Positions 1 to 9,473 of a DNA stretch of 64,000 nt are shown here, piece by piece (positions within the stretch are counted from its first letter, which is position 1; each line of letters opens with the position of its first letter). The position numbers were made by a program, and so were the translations under genes. This DNA is from an uncultured Nitrospinota bacterium (GTDB lineage: Bacteria; Nitrospinota; Nitrospinia; Nitrospinales; JAJDAT01). The DNA is taken from contig CAZMZH010000002.1 in NCBI GenBank assembly GCA_964570665.1, positions 365,642 through 429,641 on the forward strand. The letters are read 5' to 3'. The notes beneath the pieces are model-generated. The model had not been told where the DNA came from. It did no database searches and saw only the letters and a list, made by a program, of their open reading frames with translations.

Positions 1-467
1 CTATGAACTGGGCTGACTGTATAGCTAATGGTTCCCTCAACAGTTTCGCCGCACTTTTTAACGGTTTCCATGGCTTTTCTAATGTTACGGAAATCATTTA
101 GAGCGTCAAAAATTCTAAAAACGTTGATACCCACATCAACTGATTTTTTTACGAACCGCTCCACTACATCGTCCGCATAATGACGGTAGCCTAATAGGTT
201 TTGCCCTCGCAATAACATTTGGAAGGGTGTTTTGGGCATGCGTTTTTTAAGCTCTCTAGCGCGATCCCATGGACTTTCATTTAAAAAACGGACGCAACTA
301 TCAAAAGTGGCTCCGCCCCAATTTTCAAGGGAAAAATAACCCACTTGATCGAGCTTTGCCGCTATCGGGAGCATGTCTTCTGTACGCATGCGAGTCGCTA
401 ACAAAGATTGATGAGCGTCTCGAAGAATAGTATCTGTAATTTTAAGCGGCTTAGCCTCTTTTTCCAT
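1..467 (-). CDS. Carboxyltransferase subunit (oxaloacetate decarboxylase alpha / pyruvate carboxylase subunit B-like), N-terminal fragment running off the window edge
   Basis: Minus-strand frame open to position 1 and absent from the track because it is truncated. ATG at 467. My translation is [56 protein letters not shown]. The [11 protein letters not shown]...E.WGGATFD pattern is typical of the HMGL-like carboxyltransferase TIM barrel. Confidence 0.75.
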   Translation of the reverse strand, partial: MEKEAKPLKITDTILRDAHQSLLATRMRTEDMLPIAAKLDQVGYFSLENWGGATFDSCVRFLNESPWDRARELKKRMPKTPFQMLLRGQNLLGYRHYADDVVERFVKKSVDVGINVFRIFDALNDFRNIRKAMETVKKCGETVEGTISYTVSPVH

Positions 468-623
468 CGCTTAAATCCTTTAATAAAATCGTTAGATATT
501 TTATAAAACGAAATTAACTTTAGTAAATATTTTTTAGCCAACCTAAAACTTAAAGCACCGTTTAATGCATAGATTAGGCAGGGATTAGTGGATATTAGAG
601 TATAAAAAAATGAAAATCAAATA

Positions 624-2096
624 TTATTTGCGCCATGTAAAAGGCATAAATAAAGCTAAAACTCCATAAATTTCTAGTCTTCCAATAAACATACAAAATA
701 TAATGGCCCATTTGCCTAGATTTGGAATATCCGCATAGTTTCCCATAGCCCCAACCTGACCCAATCCCGGCCCTATATTAAACAAGGACGCCACGGTTGC
801 AGAGATAGATGTTGTTGGGTCGCAACCCAACATAGATAGGAAAATTGAAACCATAAAAAAGATTCCCATATAAAGTCCGGCTAAACCAACTACATTTAAT
901 AATTGATTATTATCCACAGTTTTGGAGCCAACTTTGACGTGAAAAACTCCCCTTGGTTGGACAATCTTTTGTAGCTCTCTAATGATGACCTTGAAAATTA
1001 CTAAGATTCTTATTGATTTTAACGAACCACTGGTGGAGCCAACACACCCCCCAATCATCATCAAGCCCAATAAAAATATTCTTAAGAAATTCGGCCAGGC
1101 GTTAAAATCGTCGGTCGCAAATCCAGTGGTAGTATTTATGGAAACGGTTTGAAATGACGCTCTTCTTAATGCAGAGCCAAAACCATCGTGTGGATTTGTT
1201 TCCCAAAGTCCAAAGGTGACAAAGAGGACTCCAAAAATGATTAATCCTACATAAAACCGCAGCTCTGGATTTTTAAGAGCGGATTTGAAGCTCCCATGCA
1301 TTACATCGTATTGAATCGCAAAGTTAATACCGCCTAAAAACATAAAAAGCATGATTACGCATTCAACATACAAACTGTTAAATGCGGAGACACTGGCAGT
1401 GTGAGGAGAAAACCCTCCCGTCGCAACTGTAGAAAAAGTATGACAAATTGCGTCAAACCATCCCACTCCTCCAAATCTCAAAAATAGAATTTCGATCGCA
1501 GTTAAAGCTAAGTAAACCTTCCAAAGAATTTTAGCAGTTTCGGCTAATCGTGGTTGCACTCTTTCAACAGCCGCCCCTCCAGGGACCTCTGCTTTGAATA
1601 GGTGAAAACTACCTATCCCAAGAGCTGGAAAAACGGCAAGGGAAAGCATAATGATTCCCATACCTCCTAACCATTGAGTAAGATTACGCCAAAACAAAAC
1701 TCCTTTAGGTAGAGGATCTATTTCTCTTATTATTGTGGCCCCTGTAGTGGTAAAGCCACTCATGCTTTCAAAAAATGCGTCGATGAATTCTGGGCAAACA
1801 CCGGTCAAATAGTAAGGGATTGCTCCAATTAAGGAAATACATACCCAGGAAAACGAGACAATGGCAAAGCCTTCTCGATCTCTTAAATTGTCTAATCCTG
1901 ACGGGAGCAATTTCCACATGGAGATTCCAAGCGAAAAAGTCAGAATAAATGTCCACAAAAAAGCTTGTACTGAGGACATATTTCCATCAATTGCGGTTTC
2001 GCTAAAGCTTATGGAAACTGCTAAGGGGATTAGAAAAATCCCCGACAGTAAGATAAGTAAAATACCTACAACGTTAAATACGGCTTTTAGGTTCAT
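624..2096 (-). CDS. trkH: Potassium uptake protein TrkH (membrane subunit)
   Basis: 490-aa polytopic membrane ORF 5 bp downstream of trkA on the same strand. Repeated M1-P-M2-like segments with TTTG/TVATGGF/NTTTGF selectivity-filter-like motifs. Confidence 0.85.
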   Translation of the reverse strand: MNLKAVFNVVGILLILLSGIFLIPLAVSISFSETAIDGNMSSVQAFLWTFILTFSLGISMWKLLPSGLDNLRDREGFAIVSFSWVCISLIGAIPYYLTGVCPEFIDAFFESMSGFTTTGATIIREIDPLPKGVLFWRNLTQWLGGMGIIMLSLAVFPALGIGSFHLFKAEVPGGAAVERVQPRLAETAKILWKVYLALTAIEILFLRFGGVGWFDAICHTFSTVATGGFSPHTASVSAFNSLYVECVIMLFMFLGGINFAIQYDVMHGSFKSALKNPELRFYVGLIIFGVLFVTFGLWETNPHDGFGSALRRASFQTVSINTTTGFATDDFNAWPNFLRIFLLGLMMIGGCVGSTSGSLKSIRILVIFKVIIRELQKIVQPRGVFHVKVGSKTVDNNQLLNVVGLAGLYMGIFFMVSIFLSMLGCDPTTSISATVASLFNIGPGLGQVGAMGNYADIPNLGKWAIIFCMFIGRLEIYGVLALFMPFTWRK

Positions 2097-2101
2097 CAGT
2101 C

Positions 2102-3460
2102 CTAAAAAAACCTTCTTTTTCCAAAGAGTTTTTCTATTTTATCGATTGAATGAGGAAGGGCTACTACGATAACCGAGTCACCTGATTGAATCGAGCATTC
2201 TTGATCGGGAACAATCATTTCTCCATTTCGTAGAATGGCTCCAATAATTGCATCTTCAGGAAATTTGATCTTCTCGATTTTTTTATCAATTATGGAAGAT
2301 TTAGGGTTTGCTACAATTTCTAAAACTTCTGCCTCATTTTCAATAAGTTTGTAAACCGAACGAACTTGTCCTCTCCTAAGATGCTTTAGGATAGCTCCAA
2401 CCGTTATCAATCGAGGATTTATTGCGATGTCCATTCCAATTGAATCTAAAATAGGAACGTAATCGGGATCATTAGTTATCACCAATACTCGTTTTGCTCC
2501 CTGCTTTTTGGCTAATAACGCGGAAAGTATGTTATGTTCGTCGTCATCGGTAAGAGCCATAAAAAAATCGGCGTCTTGAACATTTATTTCATTGAATAAA
2601 TCTGGGTCGGTTCCACTACCATGTAGAACGACTGTTTTAGAGAGTTCATCTACCGCTAAGTCGGCTTTTTCAATCGAAGGTTCGATTATTGAAATATCGT
2701 TAAAGTTTTTTTCCAGTTTTTGGGCAAGATTGATAGATACCGAATTTGCCCCAACAATTACAATTTTATGTGTTTCCTCTATTTTTTTATTCAACATAGG
2801 AAGAATTAGGGGCAAGAATTCTTTCTGAACAAGCATATAAATCTTATCGCCAACATGAATCTCATCTGTTTCTTTGGGAATGATAAGGTTGCTATCTCGG
2901 ACGATAGCGACGATCAAGAATGAATTAAATTCGTTAACCGCCTTTAAGGCTTCAATTTTTTTATTAGCCAAGGGAGCATCTTCGTGGATTTCGAACCCTC
3001 TTAATAAAATTTCCCCATCCGCGAATTCAGCGACATTGACAGCTCCAGGAGTAGCCAATATTTTTTGAATAAAATCGACAATAATTTGGCCGGGAGTTAT
3101 GGCTTGGTCAATAAATAATTGTTCAGAAGGGAAGACGGAGTTTTCTGAAGTAAACTCCATTGTTTGAAAGCGGGCAAACCGTTTTTTAACTGAAAATTTG
3201 TCGGCTAACATACAGACGAAAAGATTAATTTCGTCTTTATTTGTGACGGCAATAACCATTTCCGCTTGTTTAATTCCAGCACGCAAAAGAACGGTAGGAA
3301 AACAAGCGTTTCCTTGTACACTTAGAACGTCAAGCTTTTCGCCAATTTGCTTTATTTTTTTTTGGTCGGCGTCAACTATAGAAATGTCGTGACCTTCCTG
3401 AGACAACTCCTCAGCAAGATTAAAACCGACTACTCCAGCTCCAACTATGACAATATTCAT
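2102..3460 (-). CDS. trkA: Trk system potassium uptake protein TrkA (tandem RCK/NAD-binding domains)
   Basis: 452 aa. Two Rossmann starts (MNIVIVGAGVVG and KIVIVGANSV), each followed by a TrkA-C-like segment. Classic trkA-trkH order. Confidence 0.9.
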   Translation of the reverse strand: MNIVIVGAGVVGFNLAEELSQEGHDISIVDADQKKIKQIGEKLDVLSVQGNACFPTVLLRAGIKQAEMVIAVTNKDEINLFVCMLADKFSVKKRFARFQTMEFTSENSVFPSEQLFIDQAITPGQIIVDFIQKILATPGAVNVAEFADGEILLRGFEIHEDAPLANKKIEALKAVNEFNSFLIVAIVRDSNLIIPKETDEIHVGDKIYMLVQKEFLPLILPMLNKKIEETHKIVIVGANSVSINLAQKLEKNFNDISIIEPSIEKADLAVDELSKTVVLHGSGTDPDLFNEINVQDADFFMALTDDDEHNILSALLAKKQGAKRVLVITNDPDYVPILDSIGMDIAINPRLITVGAILKHLRRGQVRSVYKLIENEAEVLEIVANPKSSIIDKKIEKIKFPEDAIIGAILRNGEMIVPDQECSIQSGDSVIVVALPHSIDKIEKLFGKRRFF

Positions 3461-3623
3461 GACATTTGCCTGAAATGAAAATATGAGTCAAAAAGTTGAA
3501 ATGGATAAATTGAATGTGGCTTGGAGGCCATTATTATTAAATTGAGTTTTCGAAAATCTTACGTGTTGCTATTTTCAATAGAATATTTAAAAAATGACCG
3601 CTTAATATTGAAGTTTGGAAATT

Positions 3624-4475
3624 TTATTGATTTGGGTTCAAAAACTCTAAAAACTCCGATTGTTCAGAAAGCATAATCGTGGTTTCGGTTTTAAGAGAAT
3701 TTTTATAAGCTTCCATGGATCTAATGAATTCGTAAAACTTTGGATCTCTTTGAAATGCGTCCGCATAAATTTTGGCTGCAAGACCGTTTCCTTCACCTTT
3801 AAGAGTCTTTTCCTGTTTATATGCTTCAGCAAACAAGATAACCTTTTCTTTGTCAGTTTGCGCCCGAATTTTTGTGGCTTCCTCTGTTCCCTCAGATCGA
3901 TATTCTTTGGCGATTCTTTCTCTTTCGGTGCGCATTCGGTCAAAAATTGAGTTTGCTATTTCAGGAGGTAAATCGGCTCTCTTAATTCTTACGTCCACAA
4001 CTTCTATGCCATATTCGCTGGCTTTTTCGTTAGATTTTTTGGCGACAACATCCATAATAGCTTCGCGGGTTTTTAAGATAATATCGATTAAATTATGTGT
4101 ACCCATTTCTACTCGTAGTTCGGAATATATAATGTCGTCTAAACGGGACCGAGCGCCTCTTTGATCGCGTACAGTTTGGAGAAATTTTAAAGGGTCGTTC
4201 ACTCGCCACATCGAATAACTATCTATCAGTAAGTTCTTTTTATCTTTAGTTATTAATTCTGCTGGCGCAGAGTCGTTGGATAGTAAGATACTTGGAAAAT
4301 ATTTTACCTGTTGAATAAATGGGATTTTAAAATGTAAGCCTGGAGTTGTAACGACCTTAACAGGGCGTCCCATCTGAAGCAATATGGCAGTTTTCGTCAT
4401 ATGAACGGTAAAAACCGAATAATATATTATTAGAATCAATGCCCCTAAGATGGTCAATATTACTTTTTGTGCCAT
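3624..4475 (-). CDS. hflC: HflC (SPFH/band-7 protease modulator)
   Basis: 283 aa with an N-terminal TM helix then an SPFH domain (GRPVKVVTTPGLHFKIPFIQ). Lies directly downstream of hflK. Confidence 0.85.
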   Translation of the reverse strand: MAQKVILTILGALILIIYYSVFTVHMTKTAILLQMGRPVKVVTTPGLHFKIPFIQQVKYFPSILLSNDSAPAELITKDKKNLLIDSYSMWRVNDPLKFLQTVRDQRGARSRLDDIIYSELRVEMGTHNLIDIILKTREAIMDVVAKKSNEKASEYGIEVVDVRIKRADLPPEIANSIFDRMRTERERIAKEYRSEGTEEATKIRAQTDKEKVILFAEAYKQEKTLKGEGNGLAAKIYADAFQRDPKFYEFIRSMEAYKNSLKTETTIMLSEQSEFLEFLNPNQ

Positions 4476-4518
4476 AGTTTTTATCCAGATAAATTTAAAC
4501 GGTTATTCAAAAACCGAT

Positions 4519-5574
4519 TTATTTTCCTTGTAGTAATGGAGAAGGTGTTTGTCCTAATGGTAAAATTGGAAGGACATTTCCCGTTTTTTGCCCAACCACA
4601 ACTTTTTTCATATTAGGAAGGATTTCCTCCATGGTTTCTAAATAAATCCTTTTGCGCGTAATTTCTGGAGCTTTTTTATATTCTTCATATAAAGCTAGGA
4701 AACCTTGTGCGTCACCTTGAGCTCTTTGAATTTTTTCTTCTCTGTAACCTTCTGCCTGTCGAATAATCTGTGCTGATTTACCGCGCGTTTCAGGGATGAC
4801 TGCTTTTCGATAACCTTGAGCCTGATTTATCATACGTTCCTTGTCTTCACGCGCGCTAACAACATCTTTAAAAGACGCAGCAACTTGAGTTGGAGGATGC
4901 ACATCTTGTAATTGCGTGGTAACAATTTGAATGCCGGCTTTATATTTATCCAACAAACTTTGTATTTGTTCTTTTGCGAATATTTGAATCTCGCTTTTTC
5001 CTGTGGTTAAAGCTTCATCAATATTTTTACTGCCCACTATTCCACGAATAGCCGTTTCGGCCACATTACGAATCAACTTTTGGCGGGTTTCAATATTAAA
5101 AAGATAATCGGCCGCATTTCGAATTTGGTATTGTACGACTAAATCAATGTCGACTATGTTTTGGTCGCCAGTTAACATTAGCGATTCTACTGGGACGTCT
5201 CGGACTTTTTGAGGTGGACCTGAATTTAGGATTCGAAACCCTACTTCAATCCTTCGTACTTTTTTGACTTTAGGGGTATTTACATGCTCAAAAGGCGACG
5301 GTAATTTAAAATGTAAACCTGGGCCAGTTGAACGTACATATTTGCCAAAACGGGTTACAACGCCTTCTTCGTCTGGTTGAACGGTATAAAATACTCCCGG
5401 CACAAGCCAAATAAGTAGTAAAAGAATTCCCATTCCAAGAAAAGACGATGGTTTTAGATTTGGAATTTTAATCTGTGGAATTTCCATCTGTGGTCCACCC
5501 GAAGGGTTTTTTTTCGGACCACCGCCAGAACCCTCCCTGGGCCCCTTTGGATCATGTAAATCATCCCATGGCAT
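4519..5574 (-). CDS. hflK: HflK (SPFH/band-7 protease modulator)
   Basis: 351 aa. Gly/Pro-rich N-terminus, one TM helix, SPFH domain (VQPDEEGVVTRFGKYVRSTGPGLHFKLP). Paired with hflC. Confidence 0.85.
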   Translation of the reverse strand: MPWDDLHDPKGPREGSGGGPKKNPSGGPQMEIPQIKIPNLKPSSFLGMGILLLLIWLVPGVFYTVQPDEEGVVTRFGKYVRSTGPGLHFKLPSPFEHVNTPKVKKVRRIEVGFRILNSGPPQKVRDVPVESLMLTGDQNIVDIDLVVQYQIRNAADYLFNIETRQKLIRNVAETAIRGIVGSKNIDEALTTGKSEIQIFAKEQIQSLLDKYKAGIQIVTTQLQDVHPPTQVAASFKDVVSAREDKERMINQAQGYRKAVIPETRGKSAQIIRQAEGYREEKIQRAQGDAQGFLALYEEYKKAPEITRKRIYLETMEEILPNMKKVVVGQKTGNVLPILPLGQTPSPLLQGK

Positions 5575-5790
5575 AGTGCATTATCCTTAAGTATAGTGAG
5601 GCTGGTACGCTAACAAACCGATAAAATATTGTCAAACTTTTCTATTAAGCGCATACTTTTATTGAGAAAAAATCACCCTTCAATAATAAATGCTTTTAAT
5701 AGAAAACCAATTTTTGAATTTCAGGGTTAGACGATTAAAAAACGAATATTAAATTAATTCGTCTCTTATAAGTTGTAATTTTATTTTGAT

Positions 5791-6657
5791 CTAATTGATA
5801 TTTTTTTGTGAACTAAGAATGGACTCCATTGTTTTTTCGGCTTCCTCGTAACTTAAACCTTTAAATTGACAGCCCATAAAATAGGAGTGGTCGATCAATG
5901 TTTCTTCTTCGCTCATACCTGCTTGGTCAATATCGTATAAGTATTCATAAATTGGGTTTTCAACTGAAGTATAAAATAATTCTAAGTCTTTATCGGCAAT
6001 GGGCTGGCTTAAAATTGTTTTAAGGGCGTCTTCTTCGAGGGAAAAGTTATCTTTAATAGCATTTAAAGCGTCTTGTTTGGAAGAACCCTTTTCCAGCTCG
6101 ACTGCAAGAGCGCTTTCGATCGCCCGGTTCCGTTGACCGTACAAGAAATGTGTGTATTGAGAAGGACGACCCACCATAAAATCAAGGTTGAAAAAATGAA
6201 GTTGAACCCAATCGTCAAAATCAACCTCGCCGCTTCTTGTAATATTATAGTTTTCAGCTTTATCCGGAGCGTCTTTTAATAATTGATTGTATATCTTACA
6301 AAATCGTTCAATGCAATCGTATACAACCGCTTGATAATAGGAATTCATCCTGTACCAATTATTTGTTGAGTTGTGTCCATTAATTAGCTTACGAAGCATC
6401 AATAAAATTTTATCTGAATCAGCATAAATTTGAGATAAAGGGAAAGCGGAACTCAAGTAAGCCTTGAGTTTTTCTTCATCTTTCTCATCGCTTAAAGTTC
6501 TCTGAAAATAAATTTTAGCGTGATCCAAAGAATGGTAAACCAACATTTCATGGTTAATTCCTCTTTGATAATCCATGTATTCTTTTAGCTTAGGATCTTT
6601 GGATTCTTCAGGATGGATATGGTCCGACTTAGTTATATCTTTGGCAAAAGCGAGCAT
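5791..6657 (-). CDS. Hypothetical cytoplasmic protein, no recognised domain
   Basis: Long 288-aa ORF in AT-rich DNA with no signal peptide or TM segment. I recognise no family motif. Confidence 0.55.
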   Translation of the reverse strand: MLAFAKDITKSDHIHPEESKDPKLKEYMDYQRGINHEMLVYHSLDHAKIYFQRTLSDEKDEEKLKAYLSSAFPLSQIYADSDKILLMLRKLINGHNSTNNWYRMNSYYQAVVYDCIERFCKIYNQLLKDAPDKAENYNITRSGEVDFDDWVQLHFFNLDFMVGRPSQYTHFLYGQRNRAIESALAVELEKGSSKQDALNAIKDNFSLEEDALKTILSQPIADKDLELFYTSVENPIYEYLYDIDQAGMSEEETLIDHSYFMGCQFKGLSYEEAEKTMESILSSQKNIN

Positions 6658-6793
6658 AATTTAATTGTATAGATTAAAAACATTTATTCTCTCGCGAATA
6701 GGTATTGATTTCAAGCGTTTTTAAAAATGTCTTTAAACTTTATATTTTTTGAATTCATCTATTTTTTTTAAAGTTCTTTTAATTGTGAAATTA

Positions 6794-6812
6794 TTGGGAA
6801 AACTTTTCCCAA
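6794..6812. repeat. Perfect 19-bp palindrome TTGGGAAAA-C-TTTTCCCAA in a divergent promoter region (function unknown)
   Basis: Read directly. 9-bp arms pair without mismatch around a central C. Located between the divergent genes at 6657(-) and 7056(+). Confidence 0.5.
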
Positions 6813-7055
6813 ATAGAGAATTTTCCATAGAGCAGGTTTTTAAAATAATGGGTTTAGATGTATAACTTTATGAAAAATAGGGGGTTAAGGTTTTTTTGTT
6901 GTAGTGCGATTTATTTTTTTTAAAGGAATAGAAATTGCTGGTTTAGTTAAAAAGTTAAATTAGGAGTCTTTTATTAAGAGAAAAGGTATGACCAGAGACT
7001 TTTAAATCATTTATTTTTTTTAGAAATAATGGTTTTCATAAAAAGGAGCATTAAT

Positions 7056-7391
7056 ATGCAATCAAAATTTTTCGCCATCTTTGTAGGAATGTTATTTTTT
7101 ATTTCTGTCAATGGGATTCCAGTTTTTGCGCAAAGCGATTTGGTTGAAAAGAGGCAAAACGCTCGTGCATTAGCAAAAGAAAAAAGACAAAATGCTAGGG
7201 CTGCGTTTAAGGAAAAGAAGCAAAGCGCTCGCGCGGTAGCAAAAGAAAAAAGACAAAATGCTAGGGCTGCGTTTAAGGAAAAGAAGCAAAGCGCTCGCGC
7301 GGTAGCAAAGGAAAAGAGAAAAAATGCAAGAGCTGAGTTTAAAGAAAAGAAGAAAAGCGCTAGGGAAGATTTTCTAAATTCACGCGAGTAG
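7056..7391 (+). CDS. Small secreted basic protein made of seven tandem 11-residue repeats
   Basis: AAGGAG 8 nt upstream of the ATG at 7056; the track start at 7029 has no RBS. Signal peptide MQSKFFAIFVGMLFFISVNGIPVFA|Q. The rest is KEKRQNARAAF/KEKKQSARAVA-type 11-mers. Confidence 0.65.
   Translation: MQSKFFAIFVGMLFFISVNGIPVFAQSDLVEKRQNARALAKEKRQNARAAFKEKKQSARAVAKEKRQNARAAFKEKKQSARAVAKEKRKNARAEFKEKKKSAREDFLNSRE
7143..7373 (+). repeat. Tandem coding repeat: 7 x 33 bp, including two identical 66-bp units at 7173-7238 and 7239-7304
   Basis: Direct reading shows the 66-bp string gcaaaagaaaaaagacaaaatgctagggctgcgtttaaggaaaagaagcaaagcgctcgcgcggta twice back to back, flanked by degenerate copies. 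Confidence 0.9.
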
Positions 7392-7405
7392 TTTGTTTCA
7401 ATGAG

Positions 7406-7927
7406 CTATTTTTTTAGTGAAGAGGGAGCTGGTTTAGGTTTTACCGGAGGCTGAAGAGATTTAGCGTAAAATTTTAAAATTGACGCTGTCTGTTTTCGAT
7501 AATTTGAAATTGCTTCTATAGTTTGAGGATCTAAATTCTTCAATTTATCGAGGTTTTTTTCAGCTTTAAGAAAGGATTTTTTTAAGCTTTCGAATTGGGC
7601 TTTTGCATTTATCAACTCATGGCGCTTTTGCTGTTCGGTAATCAATTTTTCCAATTCTTTCCCTTGTTGTTGAAGAGAATTGTATAAAGCGACTTCAATA
7701 TTCCCGAAATCTTGGTTCAGTTTATTTTGAAAACTTGAAAAACTGTTTTCTAAACTTTGTAATTGTACTTTTTGCAATGTGGAGTTTGAATATATTCCGC
7801 CCACAAGCAAAAGCAAAACTCCGGCATATAAAAGAATTTTTAGCGATACGTACTCCTTTTTCCTTTCTTGAATCTCTTGGTCCAGTTTTAAGATAGATTC
7901 TTGAATTTCTGAAAAGTCGTTTTTCAT
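7406..7927 (-). CDS. Hypothetical single-pass membrane protein with coiled-coil regions
   Basis: 173-aa ORF with one hydrophobic helix (LLYAGVLLLLVGGIYS), heptad-like Q/E/K/L-rich flanks and a Pro/Lys-rich C-terminus. No family recognised. Confidence 0.5.
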   Translation of the reverse strand: MKNDFSEIQESILKLDQEIQERKKEYVSLKILLYAGVLLLLVGGIYSNSTLQKVQLQSLENSFSSFQNKLNQDFGNIEVALYNSLQQQGKELEKLITEQQKRHELINAKAQFESLKKSFLKAEKNLDKLKNLDPQTIEAISNYRKQTASILKFYAKSLQPPVKPKPAPSSLKK

Positions 7928-8015
7928 ATTCTTTAAAAAAGTAAAAAGGTTACGTATAGTTTAATTTTATTTGTGTTGGTTTACAAAACAAAGGAAATTG
8001 AGGTTTCTAGTTTAA

Positions 8016-8789
8016 TTATGTCATTGAATTTAAATAAAGCCATATTAATTGGTCGCCAGAAAAAATTGCGATAAGAGTTGCGCCAGCTAAAAAAGGGCCG
8101 AATGGAACTTTACTTTTTCGTCCTTTTTTCCCTAAAAGAACTAGAGGTAAACCATATATTGTACCTAGCAAAGAACCAGAAAAAATTATTAATAAGGTTT
8201 TTTTCCAAGCTAATAGAGCTCCCGCAGCCGCCATATATTTAATATCTCCGCCTCCCATTCCTTTTCCCCCACTTAAAACTGCTATTAGGTAGAAAAGGCC
8301 TCCCCCCACCAAAAAACCAATTAGAGAAGGTAGTAATCCATTCATATATGTACCGGCGACAAAGCCAAATAAAATCCCTGGAAGTGTAATGACGTCCGGA
8401 ATTATTTGATGTTGCCAATCAATAATTGTTATTACCACAAGAGTGGGAACAACAATTAAAAAAATCATTGTTTCCCAGCTTAGTCCAAATTTTAAGTAAA
8501 CTCCCGCTACAAGTATCCCATTAATTAATTCTACAATTGGATAAATAACGGAAATTTTAGATCCACATTTTCGACATTTTCCTAGAAGAGCTAAATATCC
8601 TAATAGAGGAACATTGTCTCTCCAGGAAATTTTATTTTTGCAAGCAACACAATGAGACGAAGGAAAAACGATAGACTCTTCACGCGGTAAACGATAAATG
8701 CAAACGTTGCAGAAACTGCCTATTGCCAGTCCAAAAATAAAAAAGTAAGTCGTTAAAAGCCACGTGGGAAGAGAATTGAGAAATTCCAT
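8016..8789 (-). CDS. pilD: Prepilin peptidase / N-methyltransferase (type IV leader peptidase, A24 family)
   Basis: 257-aa polytopic protein. N-terminal Cys pairs (CNVCIYRLP ... CVACKNKISWRDNVPLLGY ... CRKCGSKIS) and GGGDIK-type aspartyl protease motifs. Confidence 0.85.
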   Translation of the reverse strand: MEFLNSLPTWLLTTYFFIFGLAIGSFCNVCIYRLPREESIVFPSSHCVACKNKISWRDNVPLLGYLALLGKCRKCGSKISVIYPIVELINGILVAGVYLKFGLSWETMIFLIVVPTLVVITIIDWQHQIIPDVITLPGILFGFVAGTYMNGLLPSLIGFLVGGGLFYLIAVLSGGKGMGGGDIKYMAAAGALLAWKKTLLIIFSGSLLGTIYGLPLVLLGKKGRKSKVPFGPFLAGATLIAIFSGDQLIWLYLNSMT

Positions 8790-8930
8790 TTTACGTTGCG
8801 AAAGTTTTATTGGGTTTGGTAGCTTTGGTTCGACTATTGAAAGGGCTCATAAAAAATATCAAAAACTAAACATTTGAAAAAAGTTAACCTGAGGGCGAAA
8901 TTGATGGGCTAAATCTCTAGAGTTTAACAT

Positions 8931-9413
8931 TTAGAATGTTGCATCGTCGGATAAGTTATTAATGATGGTTAATATAACGCTATCGCAATATCCTTTTCGT
9001 TTCAGCTTATGAACTAATTTTTTTTTAAATTTTTCGTGTTCTTGCGAACCCATCTGTATCGATAATTTTTCAGCAATTGATTTAGCTAAAATTAACTCTT
9101 CGCCTTCTTGGAATAAAACATTTAGAGCTTGAGAAACATTCTCAGTAGATATTCCTCTTCGGATTAATTCTTTTTCAATTCTTAGGTTGCCTTCTTTTTT
9201 AAAACTTTTGCGATACTCGGCGTAGCTTAAGGCTAGTTTTTTGTCATTTAAGTAATCTAAGTTTTCTAAATATTCTAACGTGCTTTCTATCGCTGTTTTA
9301 TCGAAAAATTTTTGTGTCAGATAAATTTCTATTTCTTTTACAGATCGAGGTTTCCTTGCAAGATATTTTAAAGCTAGTTTTTTGCTTTTATTAAAATCTG
9401 AATCATTTTTCAT
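8931..9413 (-). CDS. recX: Recombination regulator RecX
   Basis: 160 aa immediately downstream of recA. Three-repeat helical pattern (ALKYLARKPRSVKEIEIYL ... YLNDKKLA ... IEKELIRRGIS). Confidence 0.8.
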   Translation of the reverse strand: MKNDSDFNKSKKLALKYLARKPRSVKEIEIYLTQKFFDKTAIESTLEYLENLDYLNDKKLALSYAEYRKSFKKEGNLRIEKELIRRGISTENVSQALNVLFQEGEELILAKSIAEKLSIQMGSQEHEKFKKKLVHKLKRKGYCDSVILTIINNLSDDATF

Positions 9414-9473
9414 TGATACCAGATGTTTAAATAGATTTTTAAAACCGAAAGTCTAAATAAAGTATTGAAAAGT

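Noticed and set aside
3461-3623. Possible c-di-AMP (ydaO-type) or other riboswitch in the 163-bp leader upstream of trkA.
   Set aside because: The minus-strand leader is almost pure A/T and has none of the conserved G/C-rich helices expected. No structure is evident by eye.
1768-4164. Short track ORFs nested in or antisense to trkH, trkA and hflC (e.g. 1768-1956, 1861-2172, 2592-2828, 3647-3943, 3772-4164). Analogous nested ORFs occur throughout the window inside cheA, the MCP, the NHL gene, mnmG, tig and others.
   Set aside because: They lie wholly within longer ORFs that have clear family motifs, and their products are low-complexity or odd in composition. They are typical shadow ORFs.
5736-5762. 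Weak hairpin plus T-run downstream of the hypothetical gene at 5791-6657 (ACGAAT ... ATTCGT then TTTTTT on the minus strand). A similar weak one lies at 59399-59434 after the DUF1566 gene.
   Set aside because: The stems are 6-7 bp and AT-rich or G-U-containing, indistinguishable by eye from background in AT-rich DNA.
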